Sequence record: SRR31156797_613
DNA: 64,000 nt
Strand: one strand, 5' to 3'
In this document: piece after piece, positions 49,210 to 59,878 of the stretch
Numbering within the stretch: the stretch's first letter is position 1
How the letters are laid out: the number at the start of each line of letters is the position of its first letter
Notes under the pieces: generated by a model
Seen by the model: the letters and a program-made list of their open reading frames with translations, nothing else
Told to the model about the DNA's origin: nothing
Database searches by the model: none
Made by a program: the position numbers and the translations under genes

Positions 49210-50859
49210 ATGGAGATAGTTGCGTTACTAATTATTATCGTATGCATCTATATTATATATAGAATTCATCTTGACAGAAAATTTCAAAAAACTATGGCTA
49301 CTATCAAATATGAATTTGGTAAAAAACCAAAGAATGAATATCTGAAAATATCCGATATCAACAATTATTCAATTCAAATGAAGACCAGTAAAAATCAAGT
49401 ACATTATATCGATAGCATTACATGGAATGACTTGAATATGGATTTGGTTTATAAAAGGATAAACAGCTGTAAATCAAAAATCGGTATGGAGTATCTCTAC
49501 TGCAAACTACATGAAATCTCATTAGATAATGCTGAGAATTCATTATATTCTATGATTGATTATTATAACAATAATATGAATCTAGTATTCGATATCCAGT
49601 ATGAGCTAAATAATATTAATAAAAATAGCATCAGTATAGTCCCGCTTTTTAGTCCAAAGGCGAATAATACTTTGCCATTTCCTGATTGGTTGTATAATAC
49701 GCTAGCAATATTGCCTTTAGCTGCATCTATATTATTAGCAGCTTCATTCATTTTGTCATTTAGTCCATTAATTCCTATAATCCTAATTATATCCCTATTT
49801 ACAGCAGATATAGTAATTCACTATAAAACAAAGACAATGCTTAACAGCAGATTAGAAATAGTAGATCAGCTGTGCAGTACACTTAATGTAGGCAATAAAC
49901 TTATTAAAAGTAATCTTTTGCAAGAGAATGATGAATATTGCAAATTCAAAGAAAGCTTAAACAAACTAAAAGATATCCGACCTAGCCTTGGCAGTCAGTC
50001 AAAAGGGATTATGGCAGAAATGTCATTTTTGCTAGAATACATAAACATACTTTTTATGATTGATATCAGAAAGTATAAAAAATCTATGGCAATAATAAAG
50101 GATAACCTTAAATCTTTAAAGCAAATATATAAATACATCGGGATCCTTGATTCTGCTATTTGTATTTTATCATATAGAAAAAGCCTTGATTTTTACTGTA
50201 TCCCGACAGCCCACAATGAAAATAATATATCGTTTAAGGATATCTATCACCCTCTTATTGGTAAACCTGTACTAAATGATTTTGAAATCAACAATAATAT
50301 AATTATTACAGGTGCAAATGCTACAGGGAAGTCTACATTTATTAAATCAATTGCAATTAATAATATTTTTGCGCATACTATCAATACCTGTTTAGCAAGC
50401 CAGTATATCACTAAGCCAATGTTTACAATTACATCTATGGCATTACGAGATGATATTACAAGCGGTGAAAGCTATTACGTAACTGAAATAAAATCACTAA
50501 AGAGAATATTAGACAAAATAAATGAATTACCATGTCTTTGCCTTATCGATGAAATCTTAAGAGGTACTAACACCATAGAACGAATATCCGCTTCGCTAAG
50601 TGTTCTAAAATATATTCAGGATAAAAACTGCTTTTGTATTGTAGCGACACATGATGCAGAACTAGCTCAAAGATTGGATAATCAATTCAGTAATTATCAT
50701 TTCGATGAAAAGGTAACTGATAATAGTATTGAATTCAATTATAAAATAAAAACAGGAATAGCAAACTCTAAGAATGCAATCAAACTGCTAAGCTTTTATA
50801 ATTATGATAAAGAGATTATCGACGAAGCTAACAGGCTTGTGCTTGATTTTGAAGACTAA
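49210..50859 (+). CDS. Membrane-associated MutS-related ATPase (domain V only)
   Basis: TWNDL.MD, TM segments, TGANATGKSTF, GESYY..EI, DEILRGTN..ER, ATHD. Confidence 0.88.
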   Translation: MEIVALLIIIVCIYIIYRIHLDRKFQKTMATIKYEFGKKPKNEYLKISDINNYSIQMKTSKNQVHYIDSITWNDLNMDLVYKRINSCKSKIGMEYLYCKLHEISLDNAENSLYSMIDYYNNNMNLVFDIQYELNNINKNSISIVPLFSPKANNTLPFPDWLYNTLAILPLAASILLAASFILSFSPLIPIILIISLFTADIVIHYKTKTMLNSRLEIVDQLCSTLNVGNKLIKSNLLQENDEYCKFKESLNKLKDIRPSLGSQSKGIMAEMSFLLEYINILFMIDIRKYKKSMAIIKDNLKSLKQIYKYIGILDSAICILSYRKSLDFYCIPTAHNENNISFKDIYHPLIGKPVLNDFEINNNIIITGANATGKSTFIKSIAINNIFAHTINTCLASQYITKPMFTITSMALRDDITSGESYYVTEIKSLKRILDKINELPCLCLIDEILRGTNTIERISASLSVLKYIQDKNCFCIVATHDAELAQRLDNQFSNYHFDEKVTDNSIEFNYKIKTGIANSKNAIKLLSFYNYDKEIIDEANRLVLDFED

Positions 50860-51018
50860 TGCAGTATCATTTGTAGCTAACAAATATAGTATATATTTCT
50901 GTCTATTATCCATTTTTACTCACTATTTAGATTTTTAAGCTCACGAAAAAATATGAAACTAGATAAATTATTTTACTATGTTCTAATAGTATAGGTCAAT
51001 GTGACGAAAATTAAGCAA

Positions 51019-51555
51019 TCAATTCTTCCTTTTTCTAGGTTTCATAATCCATAAGTAAAGAGTATACCCAAAAGCTAAGATAGTGGTTATCCATTTAATC
51101 ATAATAAATATTGTTGAAAGCATAAGCATAGGACTATTAGGATGCAATGAACAATTTATAATCAATGATGAATTCTCAAGTAAATCTGCAATACTCCTTA
51201 GCAGAGGAAGTAGTATTATACCTTTTACAGAAACTTGCTTATTAGCAAAACTACTTGCTGATACATTGATTCTACATAAAACAAAGAATAAAAAAACAAT
51301 AAATATTATATCCAATATGCTAACTATAATGTAGCTGTTTCTACCTATGGCTCCCAAATTCTCAAAATACTCAAATATATATTTAGGACTGTTGTAGAAA
51401 CTCGTCTCTATCATTCCGACACCGTAGTTTTTTTCAAGTGCCATGTTTCCAAACCAAGGATTTTCCAGCAGAAAAAATGAGATTACAAATCCAAAAATGA
51501 TTATTATAGTATTTTTTCTATTTAATAATTTCTCCGTAAACCTCTGTGTGCTCAT
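51019..51555 (-). CDS. Hypothetical membrane protein
   Basis: Four hydrophobic segments, LG..GR..Y...D, D..EN, KW motifs; GAAAGGA RBS. Confidence 0.75.
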   Translation of the reverse strand: MSTQRFTEKLLNRKNTIIIIFGFVISFFLLENPWFGNMALEKNYGVGMIETSFYNSPKYIFEYFENLGAIGRNSYIIVSILDIIFIVFLFFVLCRINVSASSFANKQVSVKGIILLPLLRSIADLLENSSLIINCSLHPNSPMLMLSTIFIMIKWITTILAFGYTLYLWIMKPRKRKN

Positions 51556-51611
51556 AAGTATTTATTCCTTTCAATTAAGTCTTGTGATTAACAATAAAGC
51601 ATGTTAATATC

Positions 51612-51641
51612 AGTATACCGACGGTATACCATTGGTGTCAA
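51612..51641 (-). promoter_or_regulatory. TetR operator overlapping the promoter of the membrane-protein gene
   Basis: Perfect palindrome GTATACCG-A-CGGTATAC (51613-51629) over minus-strand TTGACA-18-TATACT. Confidence 0.75.
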
Positions 51642-51654
51642 TAAGGAAATTACA

Positions 51655-52278
51655 ATGTCAGAATCAAAAAAAGAACAATGCTATAAAAAGAATCACAGAA
51701 TGATATTGGCATCTGCCAGAAAAGTCTTTACCGATAAAGGCTATCAAAATGCCTCAGTCAATAAAATTGCAGAGATTTCAAAGGTTACTAAAAGGACACT
51801 TTATAAACACTTTGAGAATAAAACTCATTTATATTTAACTATACTGTTTGAAGAATACAGGGATTTTACAAATTATATTTTAGCTCAAAATATTAATAAT
51901 CAAAGTGGTTTTTCAGCAATGCGAGCCTTGTCTCTTTCTTATTACAAGTATTTCAAAAGTCACTATCCAACCTTTAAAATTATGTACAATATAGGTATAA
52001 TCAGGCAGAAAACTGATAATACACTTGTTGAAAAAATAATCAAATTGGATAACGCAACAACAAAGCATATCATAGAAATTATACATTTAGGACAGAACGA
52101 TGGCTCTATTGTCACTTCCATAAATGCCGAATCTATTGCAGAAAAAATGAAATTTTTACTTACAAGTTTCTTCAACCAATTAACTTTGACAGGCAAAGCA
52201 TATGCTAAAAATATCAATGAACCACTAGATTCCTTTGTCGAAGATACAATAGACCTATTGCTTAAATCACTAAAATGA
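51655..52278 (+). CDS. TetR/AcrR family regulator
   Basis: IL.SA..VF..KGY..ASV..IA....VTKRTLYKHF.NK. Confidence 0.9.
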   Translation: MSESKKEQCYKKNHRMILASARKVFTDKGYQNASVNKIAEISKVTKRTLYKHFENKTHLYLTILFEEYRDFTNYILAQNINNQSGFSAMRALSLSYYKYFKSHYPTFKIMYNIGIIRQKTDNTLVEKIIKLDNATTKHIIEIIHLGQNDGSIVTSINAESIAEKMKFLLTSFFNQLTLTGKAYAKNINEPLDSFVEDTIDLLLKSLK

Positions 52279-52295
52279 TTTTTGTAATTTATTAT

Positions 52296-53495
52296 TTATC
52301 TGATGCTATCTGAGCAAACATTCAGCAGCAATTTCCTTGCTGTCTCTCTACTATAATACTTTGGTACAGGATATACTCCATGACATTCTTTGAATGCTTT
52401 ATCAATAACTTTTTCAATATCTGATTGTGGGAATTTCTCAAATCTATCAGGAACACCAAATTGCTTATTAATATCAAATAATTTTTGTACTAATTTTTTC
52501 CCTTTAACCTGAGTAGTATCACCTGCTTCACAAATATCTATCGATTCAGCCAATTCCGCAAATCGATTTTTGCATACTGGCATATAATATTTCATTACAT
52601 GAGGCAGAAGAACAGCATTTGCAAGACCATGAGGTACACCATATCTTCCTCCGATAGTATGAGCAAAAGCATGAACATATCCTATATACGAGCGAGTAAA
52701 AGCCAGCCCTGCATACAGTGAAGCTGTCAGAAGTGCTTCTCTTGCTTTAGCATCAGTTGGATTTTTCATAACTATTTCAAGGTTTCTGAATATGAGATTA
52801 ATTGCAATTAATGAATATCTATCTGTTTCCTCGTCAGCATATCCGGAAACATATGCTTCCAGAGCATGAGTTAGTGCATCAATTGTTGTATTTATAGTAA
52901 TCTTTTCAGGCAGTCCAAGTGTTAACTCTGGGTCTAGAATCGCTACATCTGGTATAAGCTTTGGATCCAAAATCTGCATTTTTTCGTGAGTTGATGATTC
53001 TGATATTACAGCCGCTGCAGTTCCTTCACTTCCTGTACCAGCAGTAGTTGGAACAGCTATAAAGAAAGGTAATTTTTTCTTTACTTTGAAAAGACCTTTT
53101 AGCTTTTCTGCAGGTCTGTTGCTCACTATTGCTGCGCCTGCCGCCTTAGCAGTATCTAATACTGATCCGCCGCCTACAGCTATGATTGCTTGACAATCAG
53201 AATAAACTGAAACAGCTTTATCTACAATACCAAATGATGGCTCTGGCAAAACTTCATCAAAAATAATAATTTCAATTCCTGAAGATTTAATACTTTCTAT
53301 TACTGTATCCAGCAATCTAATTTTCATCAGCTGCTTATCAGTGATAACGAATACTTTTTCAATATTCATTAAGGCAAGTATCTCACCTGTTTTTGCAGCC
53401 TTTCCTGCTCCAATATATGTAATTGGTATTGGTAATTTTACAAGTTTAATGATTGGTTTACGTATTGCAATACTAATTCTAGATAATATACCCAT
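52296..53495 (-). CDS. Iron-containing alcohol dehydrogenase
   Basis: GGGSVLD, PTTAGTGSE, DALTHALEAY, HAFAH, HGLAN. Confidence 0.92.
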   Translation of the reverse strand: MGILSRISIAIRKPIIKLVKLPIPITYIGAGKAAKTGEILALMNIEKVFVITDKQLMKIRLLDTVIESIKSSGIEIIIFDEVLPEPSFGIVDKAVSVYSDCQAIIAVGGGSVLDTAKAAGAAIVSNRPAEKLKGLFKVKKKLPFFIAVPTTAGTGSEGTAAAVISESSTHEKMQILDPKLIPDVAILDPELTLGLPEKITINTTIDALTHALEAYVSGYADEETDRYSLIAINLIFRNLEIVMKNPTDAKAREALLTASLYAGLAFTRSYIGYVHAFAHTIGGRYGVPHGLANAVLLPHVMKYYMPVCKNRFAELAESIDICEAGDTTQVKGKKLVQKLFDINKQFGVPDRFEKFPQSDIEKVIDKAFKECHGVYPVPKYYSRETARKLLLNVCSDSIR

Positions 53496-53739
53496 TGAAT
53501 CCTCCAGCAGTTAATTAGTAAATATGAATTATACTCGTCTAATATTATTTATTTGTTGTATAATTTAATTATATGGAATAATTCAACAATTTTCAAGTGA
53601 TTAATATTATCGCTTAAAATTAGTATAACAATTTATGCATTTTTCAGTATAAGATTCTTACTACAAATATTAATCAATGGAATACTTGTTAACAAAGATA
53701 ATTAAGTACCTAATATTAGAATGTATTTTAATATCATTC

Positions 53740-55200
53740 CTATAAATCTATCATAGTACGTTTCAATGCAGTTAGCCATCCTGAATATAACTTATCAGCA
53801 TCTTCATTTGGCATCATAGGACTAAATGAACGACAATTACTATTAATCTGCAGCAATTCAATCTTATCTTCCCACAATCCAACTGCCAAACCTGCAGCAA
53901 ATGCACTGCCTTGTGCTGACAGCTCCTCAATCTCTGCCTTATTCAACCTTGCATCAATTATATCACTTACAAACTGCATCAGGAATTCATTGTTTGTTGG
54001 ACCACCGTCTACATTCAGTGTACTGACTTTCTCGCTCATATCCTTAGATGCTGCCCTTACAATATCGCATACCTGATACGCAACGGATTCCAATCCTGCA
54101 CGTACAATATGCTTTTTCGTCGTATCACGCCTAATCCCGCAAATCATTGCCTTGCACTCATAGTTCCAGTGAGGTGCTCCCAATCCATGAAAAGCAGGAA
54201 CCAAATATACACCATTTGTGCTATCTACATCTTTTGCTAATATCTCAGAGTCTTTTGCATTGTTTACAATACCCATCTCATCAATAAGCCATTTTATTGT
54301 ATCACCACTGGAATTTATATTGCCTTCAAATACATATTCTACTTTCCCGTTTAGTGCCCATGCAATCGATGTTACCAGCCCATTTTGCGATTTCCTCGGT
54401 TTATCTCCAATATTTATCATAATAGAGGAGCCAGTACCAAATGTTACTTTACCAGTTCCTTTTTCAAAGCATTTCTGACCAAATAATGCTCCATGAGAAT
54501 CACCTAATACACCGCTAATTGGAATAGGTTCTTCAAAAAAGCCTTCAGCTGTAGTATATCCGAAAATCTCATTTGACGACTTAACCTCTGGAAATTTTAA
54601 TATGCCCAATCCAAAAATATCTATCAGTTTATCATCCCATTTATTATCATTTATGTTGAACAATTGCGTTCTGGAAGCATTTGAATAGTCAGTTGCATGG
54701 TTACCAGTAAGTTTCCATATTAGCCAGCTGTCCATAGTACCAATCAATGCACCTTTTTTTACATCAACATTATCAATAAGCCACTTGGCTTTTGCAGAAG
54801 AAAAATATGGTGATAGTTTGATACCTGTTGCATCTGCAATATATTCAGCTTCGGATGATATCTTTACATCTTTAATAGTATCAGTCGCTCTAGAACACTT
54901 CCAGACAATAGCATTATACACAGGATTACCATTATCATCCCATAACATTGTAGTCTCTCTCTGGTTTGTTATAGACAGCACTTTTATGTCATTTTTATCA
55001 ATATTAGCTTTTTGTACAACATCCTTAATACCTAGAATTGTATTATTATAGATCTCAACAGGATCATGCTCTACCCATCCTGATTTAGGATATATCTGTT
55101 TATGTTCGAAATTACTCCTGCAAACAAGACTGCCTTTCTCATCAAACAAAATGGCTTTCGTTGCAGTTGTACTCTGGTCAATTGTCAATATATATTTCAT
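53740..55200 (-). CDS. FGGY sugar kinase (GlpK-like, possibly apulose kinase)
   Basis: IDQSTTATKA, NQRET, DYSNASRT, GDSHGALFGQ (GlpK has GDQQ), DGG. Confidence 0.85.
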   Translation of the reverse strand: MKYILTIDQSTTATKAILFDEKGSLVCRSNFEHKQIYPKSGWVEHDPVEIYNNTILGIKDVVQKANIDKNDIKVLSITNQRETTMLWDDNGNPVYNAIVWKCSRATDTIKDVKISSEAEYIADATGIKLSPYFSSAKAKWLIDNVDVKKGALIGTMDSWLIWKLTGNHATDYSNASRTQLFNINDNKWDDKLIDIFGLGILKFPEVKSSNEIFGYTTAEGFFEEPIPISGVLGDSHGALFGQKCFEKGTGKVTFGTGSSIMINIGDKPRKSQNGLVTSIAWALNGKVEYVFEGNINSSGDTIKWLIDEMGIVNNAKDSEILAKDVDSTNGVYLVPAFHGLGAPHWNYECKAMICGIRRDTTKKHIVRAGLESVAYQVCDIVRAASKDMSEKVSTLNVDGGPTNNEFLMQFVSDIIDARLNKAEIEELSAQGSAFAAGLAVGLWEDKIELLQINSNCRSFSPMMPNEDADKLYSGWLTALKRTMIDL

Positions 55201-55219
55201 ATTCTACACCACTTGCTAA

Positions 55220-56638
55220 TTACTGCTCTTGACCCATAAGCCATTGAAGGATTTTATCCTCCATATCTTTGTTGTAGAAATCCATTTTGAACCCAAGATA
55301 ACGCTCTGCTTCATACAGTACTGCCATTACATTCTTGTACACTCCTGCACAGTGATGCACATATGGTCCCTCTACTATCTTTCGTTCTAATAATGGCCAG
55401 TTTTCAACTTCTATCCATCCGTATGATACTGCATTGTATTTACCGTCTACAACTTTTGCTGTACCTGCCAGCATCATATATTCGCCGTTATCACCATCAA
55501 AACGTACTAATGAGATATCTCCGCGTTTTAGTTCCTGTGTTACAGCACCAGGACATTGTGATTCAAAAACAAAGGGAGTACCGATTTTCTTCTCACCTCT
55601 TGCTAATGAAATTGGAAAATTACCGCAATGCTGCAAAAGTTCAGCATTATCATTCTTAGTATCCCTAAGTGTCCAGTCAGCAAAGAAGATTGGTTCATCC
55701 ATAGCTGCCGCTTGAAGCAATACTGAGGTTATGGCTCCGTGTATGTCTGTTTCGCATACTACTGGCAGTCCTTCATCAGTTAATAAACCATTAGCAGCAC
55801 ATGGCATAATACCGATTTCATCCTGCAAAGTGTTCCAGCATTGAATTGCTACTGCAGAGCATCCATTTTCTTCAGCCATTTCTTTCATAGCCGCTTTAAG
55901 AGCTGCTACAACATTTAGCTTATCCTCATTCATACATACTGTCATATTTTCTTTAATATATTCTAGAGTATCAGCAATTTTTGATTCATCTTTTTGGATT
56001 TCTTTTACTCTGGCAGTCAAATCAGGCATAGCAACAGGAACCAGCTGAATACCAAAGCGTTCCAATAATTCACCTTCGTTGCACATCATAGTCCAGAAAT
56101 CAGCAGGTCTAGTAGATAATTGAAGGATTTTCATGTTCCTGAATTCTTTTACAACATTTGCAACACTGCGGAAGACCTTGATACCACGTTCAAATACTTC
56201 ATCTTCTAATCTGCAGTTTGTCATATAATTAAATGGAATTCTAAATCTTCTTAGCACTTTACCCGTGGCAAATAATCCGCATTGTGAATCTGTCAGGCGA
56301 TAGCCTTCATCCGTTGGGTCTCCATCTCTAGGACCCCAGATTAATACAGGCACATCAAATTCCATTGCAACTTTACATACCAAATCCTCTGTACCAAAGT
56401 TAACATGTGGGAAAAACAATGCATCAACCTTTTCTCTCTTAAACTTCTCTACAACTTTATCAACAGATTCTGCACCAAAAAGTAATCCTTCATCATTTAT
56501 ATCCTCAATATCAACGTATTCAATACCTAACTCTGTAAGGCGTTTATATGTATCAACCTTTAAACGAAGTGCTTCATCTCTGCTGAAAATATTTCTTCTA
56601 GTTGGTGCTACCCCAATCTTAATTTTATAATTCTTCAT
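55220..56638 (-). CDS. L-fucose/L-arabinose isomerase family protein
   Basis: NFGTE, DSQCG, AIQCW, CETD.HG, HCG, EGPY.HH. Confidence 0.85.
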   Translation of the reverse strand: MKNYKIKIGVAPTRRNIFSRDEALRLKVDTYKRLTELGIEYVDIEDINDEGLLFGAESVDKVVEKFKREKVDALFFPHVNFGTEDLVCKVAMEFDVPVLIWGPRDGDPTDEGYRLTDSQCGLFATGKVLRRFRIPFNYMTNCRLEDEVFERGIKVFRSVANVVKEFRNMKILQLSTRPADFWTMMCNEGELLERFGIQLVPVAMPDLTARVKEIQKDESKIADTLEYIKENMTVCMNEDKLNVVAALKAAMKEMAEENGCSAVAIQCWNTLQDEIGIMPCAANGLLTDEGLPVVCETDIHGAITSVLLQAAAMDEPIFFADWTLRDTKNDNAELLQHCGNFPISLARGEKKIGTPFVFESQCPGAVTQELKRGDISLVRFDGDNGEYMMLAGTAKVVDGKYNAVSYGWIEVENWPLLERKIVEGPYVHHCAGVYKNVMAVLYEAERYLGFKMDFYNKDMEDKILQWLMGQEQ

Positions 56639-56699
56639 AATACTCTCCTTAATTCTTATGTTATAAATTTTATTTCACTTAAATGATAATAACTTCTAA

Positions 56700-57647
56700 T
56701 TAAATATCAGAAGTATCAAACTTCTTCTTTATTATTTCAACTGTGTTTTGAGCCGTCATACCGTAGTGAGCAAATACCTCATCTGATTTACCAGCTATTG
56801 CAGGCTCATCAGGTACACCTATTACCTTGACAGGGACTGGTTTGTAGTCTGCTACCACTTGGCATACACTGCTACCTAATCCTCCATATATACTGTGTTC
56901 TTCCATAGTGACAATTATCATTGCAGTGTCAGCTACTAATCTTACCGCGTCTTCATCAAAAGGCTTTAAAGTATGCATATCCAGTACTTTTACCGAGATA
57001 CCCATTTCATCAAGCATTTTACCTGCTTCCTGAGCTGGCTTTACCATCTCTCCAGTTGCAATTATACATGCATCTGTACCTTCCTGAATTACTGTAGCTT
57101 TACCAGGTATGTATCCTATATTTTCATTATCGAATACATCCTCTACTGCATTTCTGCCAATGCGTACATAGGCAGGTCTTGGATTACTCATCCATTCCTC
57201 AACTACCTGTGCAGCTTCAAATCTATCAGCTGGAAGAATTACATCAATGCCTGGGATTGCTCTGATAGTAGCAATGTCCTGTACTGAATGGTGACTCATT
57301 CCTAGTGCTCCATAGCTTATCCCTCCGCTGATTCCAAGCAGCAGAACATTGCTTTGTGAATAAGCAACATCTACCTTTACCTGCTCGGCACTTCGCATTG
57401 ATAGAAAACATGCTGGTGAAGCCACCATTGTTTTTTTCCCGCATTGTGCCATACCTGCTGCAATACCTACAATATTTTGTTCAGCGATACCTGTTTCAAT
57501 CAATCTATCTGGGTATTCTTCCACAAATGGTTTCAAACTAGCTGAACCTCTGGAATCACTGGTTAATACAAATATTTCATTATCAGTTTTTGCAAGCTCA
57601 ATCAGCTTACTGCATATAGCCTGTCTATTTGAAATCTTATTCTTCAT
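56700..57647 (-). CDS. Transketolase, C-terminal (pyrimidine-binding) subunit
   Basis: GIAEQN, R..EQVKVD, G.SHH, EEHS..GGLGS. Confidence 0.92.
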   Translation of the reverse strand: MKNKISNRQAICSKLIELAKTDNEIFVLTSDSRGSASLKPFVEEYPDRLIETGIAEQNIVGIAAGMAQCGKKTMVASPACFLSMRSAEQVKVDVAYSQSNVLLLGISGGISYGALGMSHHSVQDIATIRAIPGIDVILPADRFEAAQVVEEWMSNPRPAYVRIGRNAVEDVFDNENIGYIPGKATVIQEGTDACIIATGEMVKPAQEAGKMLDEMGISVKVLDMHTLKPFDEDAVRLVADTAMIIVTMEEHSIYGGLGSSVCQVVADYKPVPVKVIGVPDEPAIAGKSDEVFAHYGMTAQNTVEIIKKKFDTSDI

Positions 57648-58455
57648 GAGTTATTACCTCACTTAATTCTTTTATAGCTTGTTCATATTGTTCCTTTGTA
57701 GGTACCCCATGATGCCATTTAGCTTGATTCTCTATAAAGGAAACACCCTTTCCTTTGGTAGTATGCGCAATAACTAATGTAGGCTTGTCTTTAACTATTG
57801 TTAACAAGGCCTTTTCTATCTCATCGTAATCATGTCCGTCTATTTCAATTACATTAAATCCAAATGCTTCAAAGCGCTCCCTTAAAGGCTCAAGATTCAT
57901 TACATCCTCTGTAGCACCTGATATCTGTAATTTGTTTCTATCAATAATTGCACATAAATTGTCTAATTTGTAGTGACTTGCAGCCATTGAGGCTTCCCAA
58001 ACTGAGCCTTCCGCCAATTCTCCATCACCCATCAGCACATAAACACGATAATCTTTTTTATCAATTTTACCTGCTAATGCCATACCAATACCAACTGATA
58101 ATCCGTGACCTAATGCACCGGAATTGACTTCGATACCGCTAATTTTATTGTTTGGATGACCAATTAACTTCGTGCCAAATGCAGAAAATGTATCAAGTTC
58201 TTTTTCATCGAAATAGCATAAATCAGCTAAAATAACAAAGTATGGCTCTACTGAATGACCTTTACTCAATATAAATCTATCTCTGTCTTTCCAATCAGCA
58301 TTATTAGGATCATGGGTAAGTACCTTGTAAAAGAGAGTTGTCAATATATCTGTTTCAGATAACGCACCCCCTGTGTGTCCAGTTTTTGCATTGTAAATCA
58401 TCTCAATTGTTTTTTTTCTAATCTCATATGATTTTTTTCTTAAATTTGCTTTCAT
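57637..58455 (-). CDS. Transketolase, N-terminal (TPP-binding) subunit
   Basis: GHTGG.LS, DRFILSKGH, GDGELAEGS.WEA, KGKG. Confidence 0.93.
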   Translation of the reverse strand: MKANLRKKSYEIRKKTIEMIYNAKTGHTGGALSETDILTTLFYKVLTHDPNNADWKDRDRFILSKGHSVEPYFVILADLCYFDEKELDTFSAFGTKLIGHPNNKISGIEVNSGALGHGLSVGIGMALAGKIDKKDYRVYVLMGDGELAEGSVWEASMAASHYKLDNLCAIIDRNKLQISGATEDVMNLEPLRERFEAFGFNVIEIDGHDYDEIEKALLTIVKDKPTLVIAHTTKGKGVSFIENQAKWHHGVPTKEQYEQAIKELSEVITHEE

Positions 58456-58767
58456 CACGCCTCCGGATAATATATAAGATAAATAACTAGTATTATTTAG
58501 TATTAGTATTACTTGTTTTTTAATATTTATCTAGTATTAATATGTGTTTCAAGGGAAAATTCACCTACATAGTAGCACCATTTAGTTAATTTGTCAAATT
58601 TGTTTATATGTTATTTAGTAAATTATTATTTTTATTTATCTGCTTTATTTAGCTCATTTTAGTTTAATAACTAAATAAACAAGATAATTATTAGTGTATA
58701 ACATTTTTTTTCACAAAAAAAGCTATTCAAGGATGAAAATAGCTTTAGTCTAACATTTTATAAAGAT

Positions 58768-59835
58768 TTAGATAAATTTTATTATATCATCAGGCTCAAT
58801 CTCGAAAGCAGGTTCGATTTTTTTTACGCTGTCCCTTACAACTATATTATTTCTGACTTGTACTTTTACTGACGCTTTATAGTTTTTACCTTCTATTTTA
58901 TCTATCAGCCATTTTGCGGCCAATGCACCCATACCAGCTTTATCCACGCAAATTGTAGTTAATCTAGGGCTTGAAGTCTCGCAGAACAACATATCATCAA
59001 AACCAATGACAGAAATGTCATCTGGTACTTTATACCCCGCTTCTTTCAGTGCTCTTATTGCACCAAATGCTATAATATCATTTTCAGCAAAAAAAGCCGT
59101 AGGTAAGGATTCTACATTCTCAAGTGCTTTCTTCATGTCATTATATGAGCCATCTATTGATGTACCTACACAATATACATCTTCTTTTTTAACTTCCAGA
59201 TTGTAGTCATTCATTCCAGAGAAAAAGCCTTTTTTCCTATAATAGAAATTATTGATATATACTGAGCTGTGTAATAACCCAATTCTTCTATGCCCATTAT
59301 CTACTAAATATTTAACCGCCTTAAAAACCGCATCTTCATTTGACAGCAAAACACAGTCATAATCGCTATCACGATAGCAGCTATCCAATATAACGATTGG
59401 CACACTAGTCTCATCCAGTATGTGAAGGTCAATATTTCTTAACTCAGTTGCAAGGACAATGATACCTTCGCTCTCTTCCTTTTGAAAATATGCTTTGACC
59501 TCATCTTCACCAACCTCAGATATATTGATGTTTGCCATTATCAAGTCATACCCTAAGCTTCGGCACTCTCTTGCTATACCATTCATCACTTCAGTAAAGA
59601 AATATGTATCTGCTACTACTTCGCCATGCCTTTTCACCTGTATAAACTTTATAGTTTTTTCGTTCTTCTTGGAAAAGCTGCGCTGATAGCCCATTTTTTT
59701 TGCCATATTCAGGATTTCTTCCCGTTTACTTTCACTGACACCTTTTCTATTATTGAGAGCATTTGAAACAGTACCCGGTGAGACTCCAACTGCTTTTGCT
59801 ATATCAGATACTTTATTCTTATCTTTGTTTACCAT
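58768..59835 (-). CDS. LacI family transcriptional regulator
   Basis: DIAK..GVS.GTVS.ALN, ND..A.G, VPDDIS.IGFDD, LTT. Confidence 0.92.
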   Translation of the reverse strand: MVNKDKNKVSDIAKAVGVSPGTVSNALNNRKGVSESKREEILNMAKKMGYQRSFSKKNEKTIKFIQVKRHGEVVADTYFFTEVMNGIARECRSLGYDLIMANINISEVGEDEVKAYFQKEESEGIIVLATELRNIDLHILDETSVPIVILDSCYRDSDYDCVLLSNEDAVFKAVKYLVDNGHRRIGLLHSSVYINNFYYRKKGFFSGMNDYNLEVKKEDVYCVGTSIDGSYNDMKKALENVESLPTAFFAENDIIAFGAIRALKEAGYKVPDDISVIGFDDMLFCETSSPRLTTICVDKAGMGALAAKWLIDKIEGKNYKASVKVQVRNNIVVRDSVKKIEPAFEIEPDDIIKFI

Positions 59836-59857
59836 ATATTCACCATCGTTTTATCAA

Positions 59858-59878
59858 TTTACTAAATATTTTAGCAAA
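59858..59878. promoter_or_regulatory. Palindromic candidate operator upstream of the LacI gene
   Basis: TTTACTAAA-TAT-TTTAGCAAA. Confidence 0.5.

Noticed and set aside
53740-55200. Calling the kinase glpK
   Set aside because: Substrate motifs diverge (GDSH, DQSTT) and there is no glpF/glpD context
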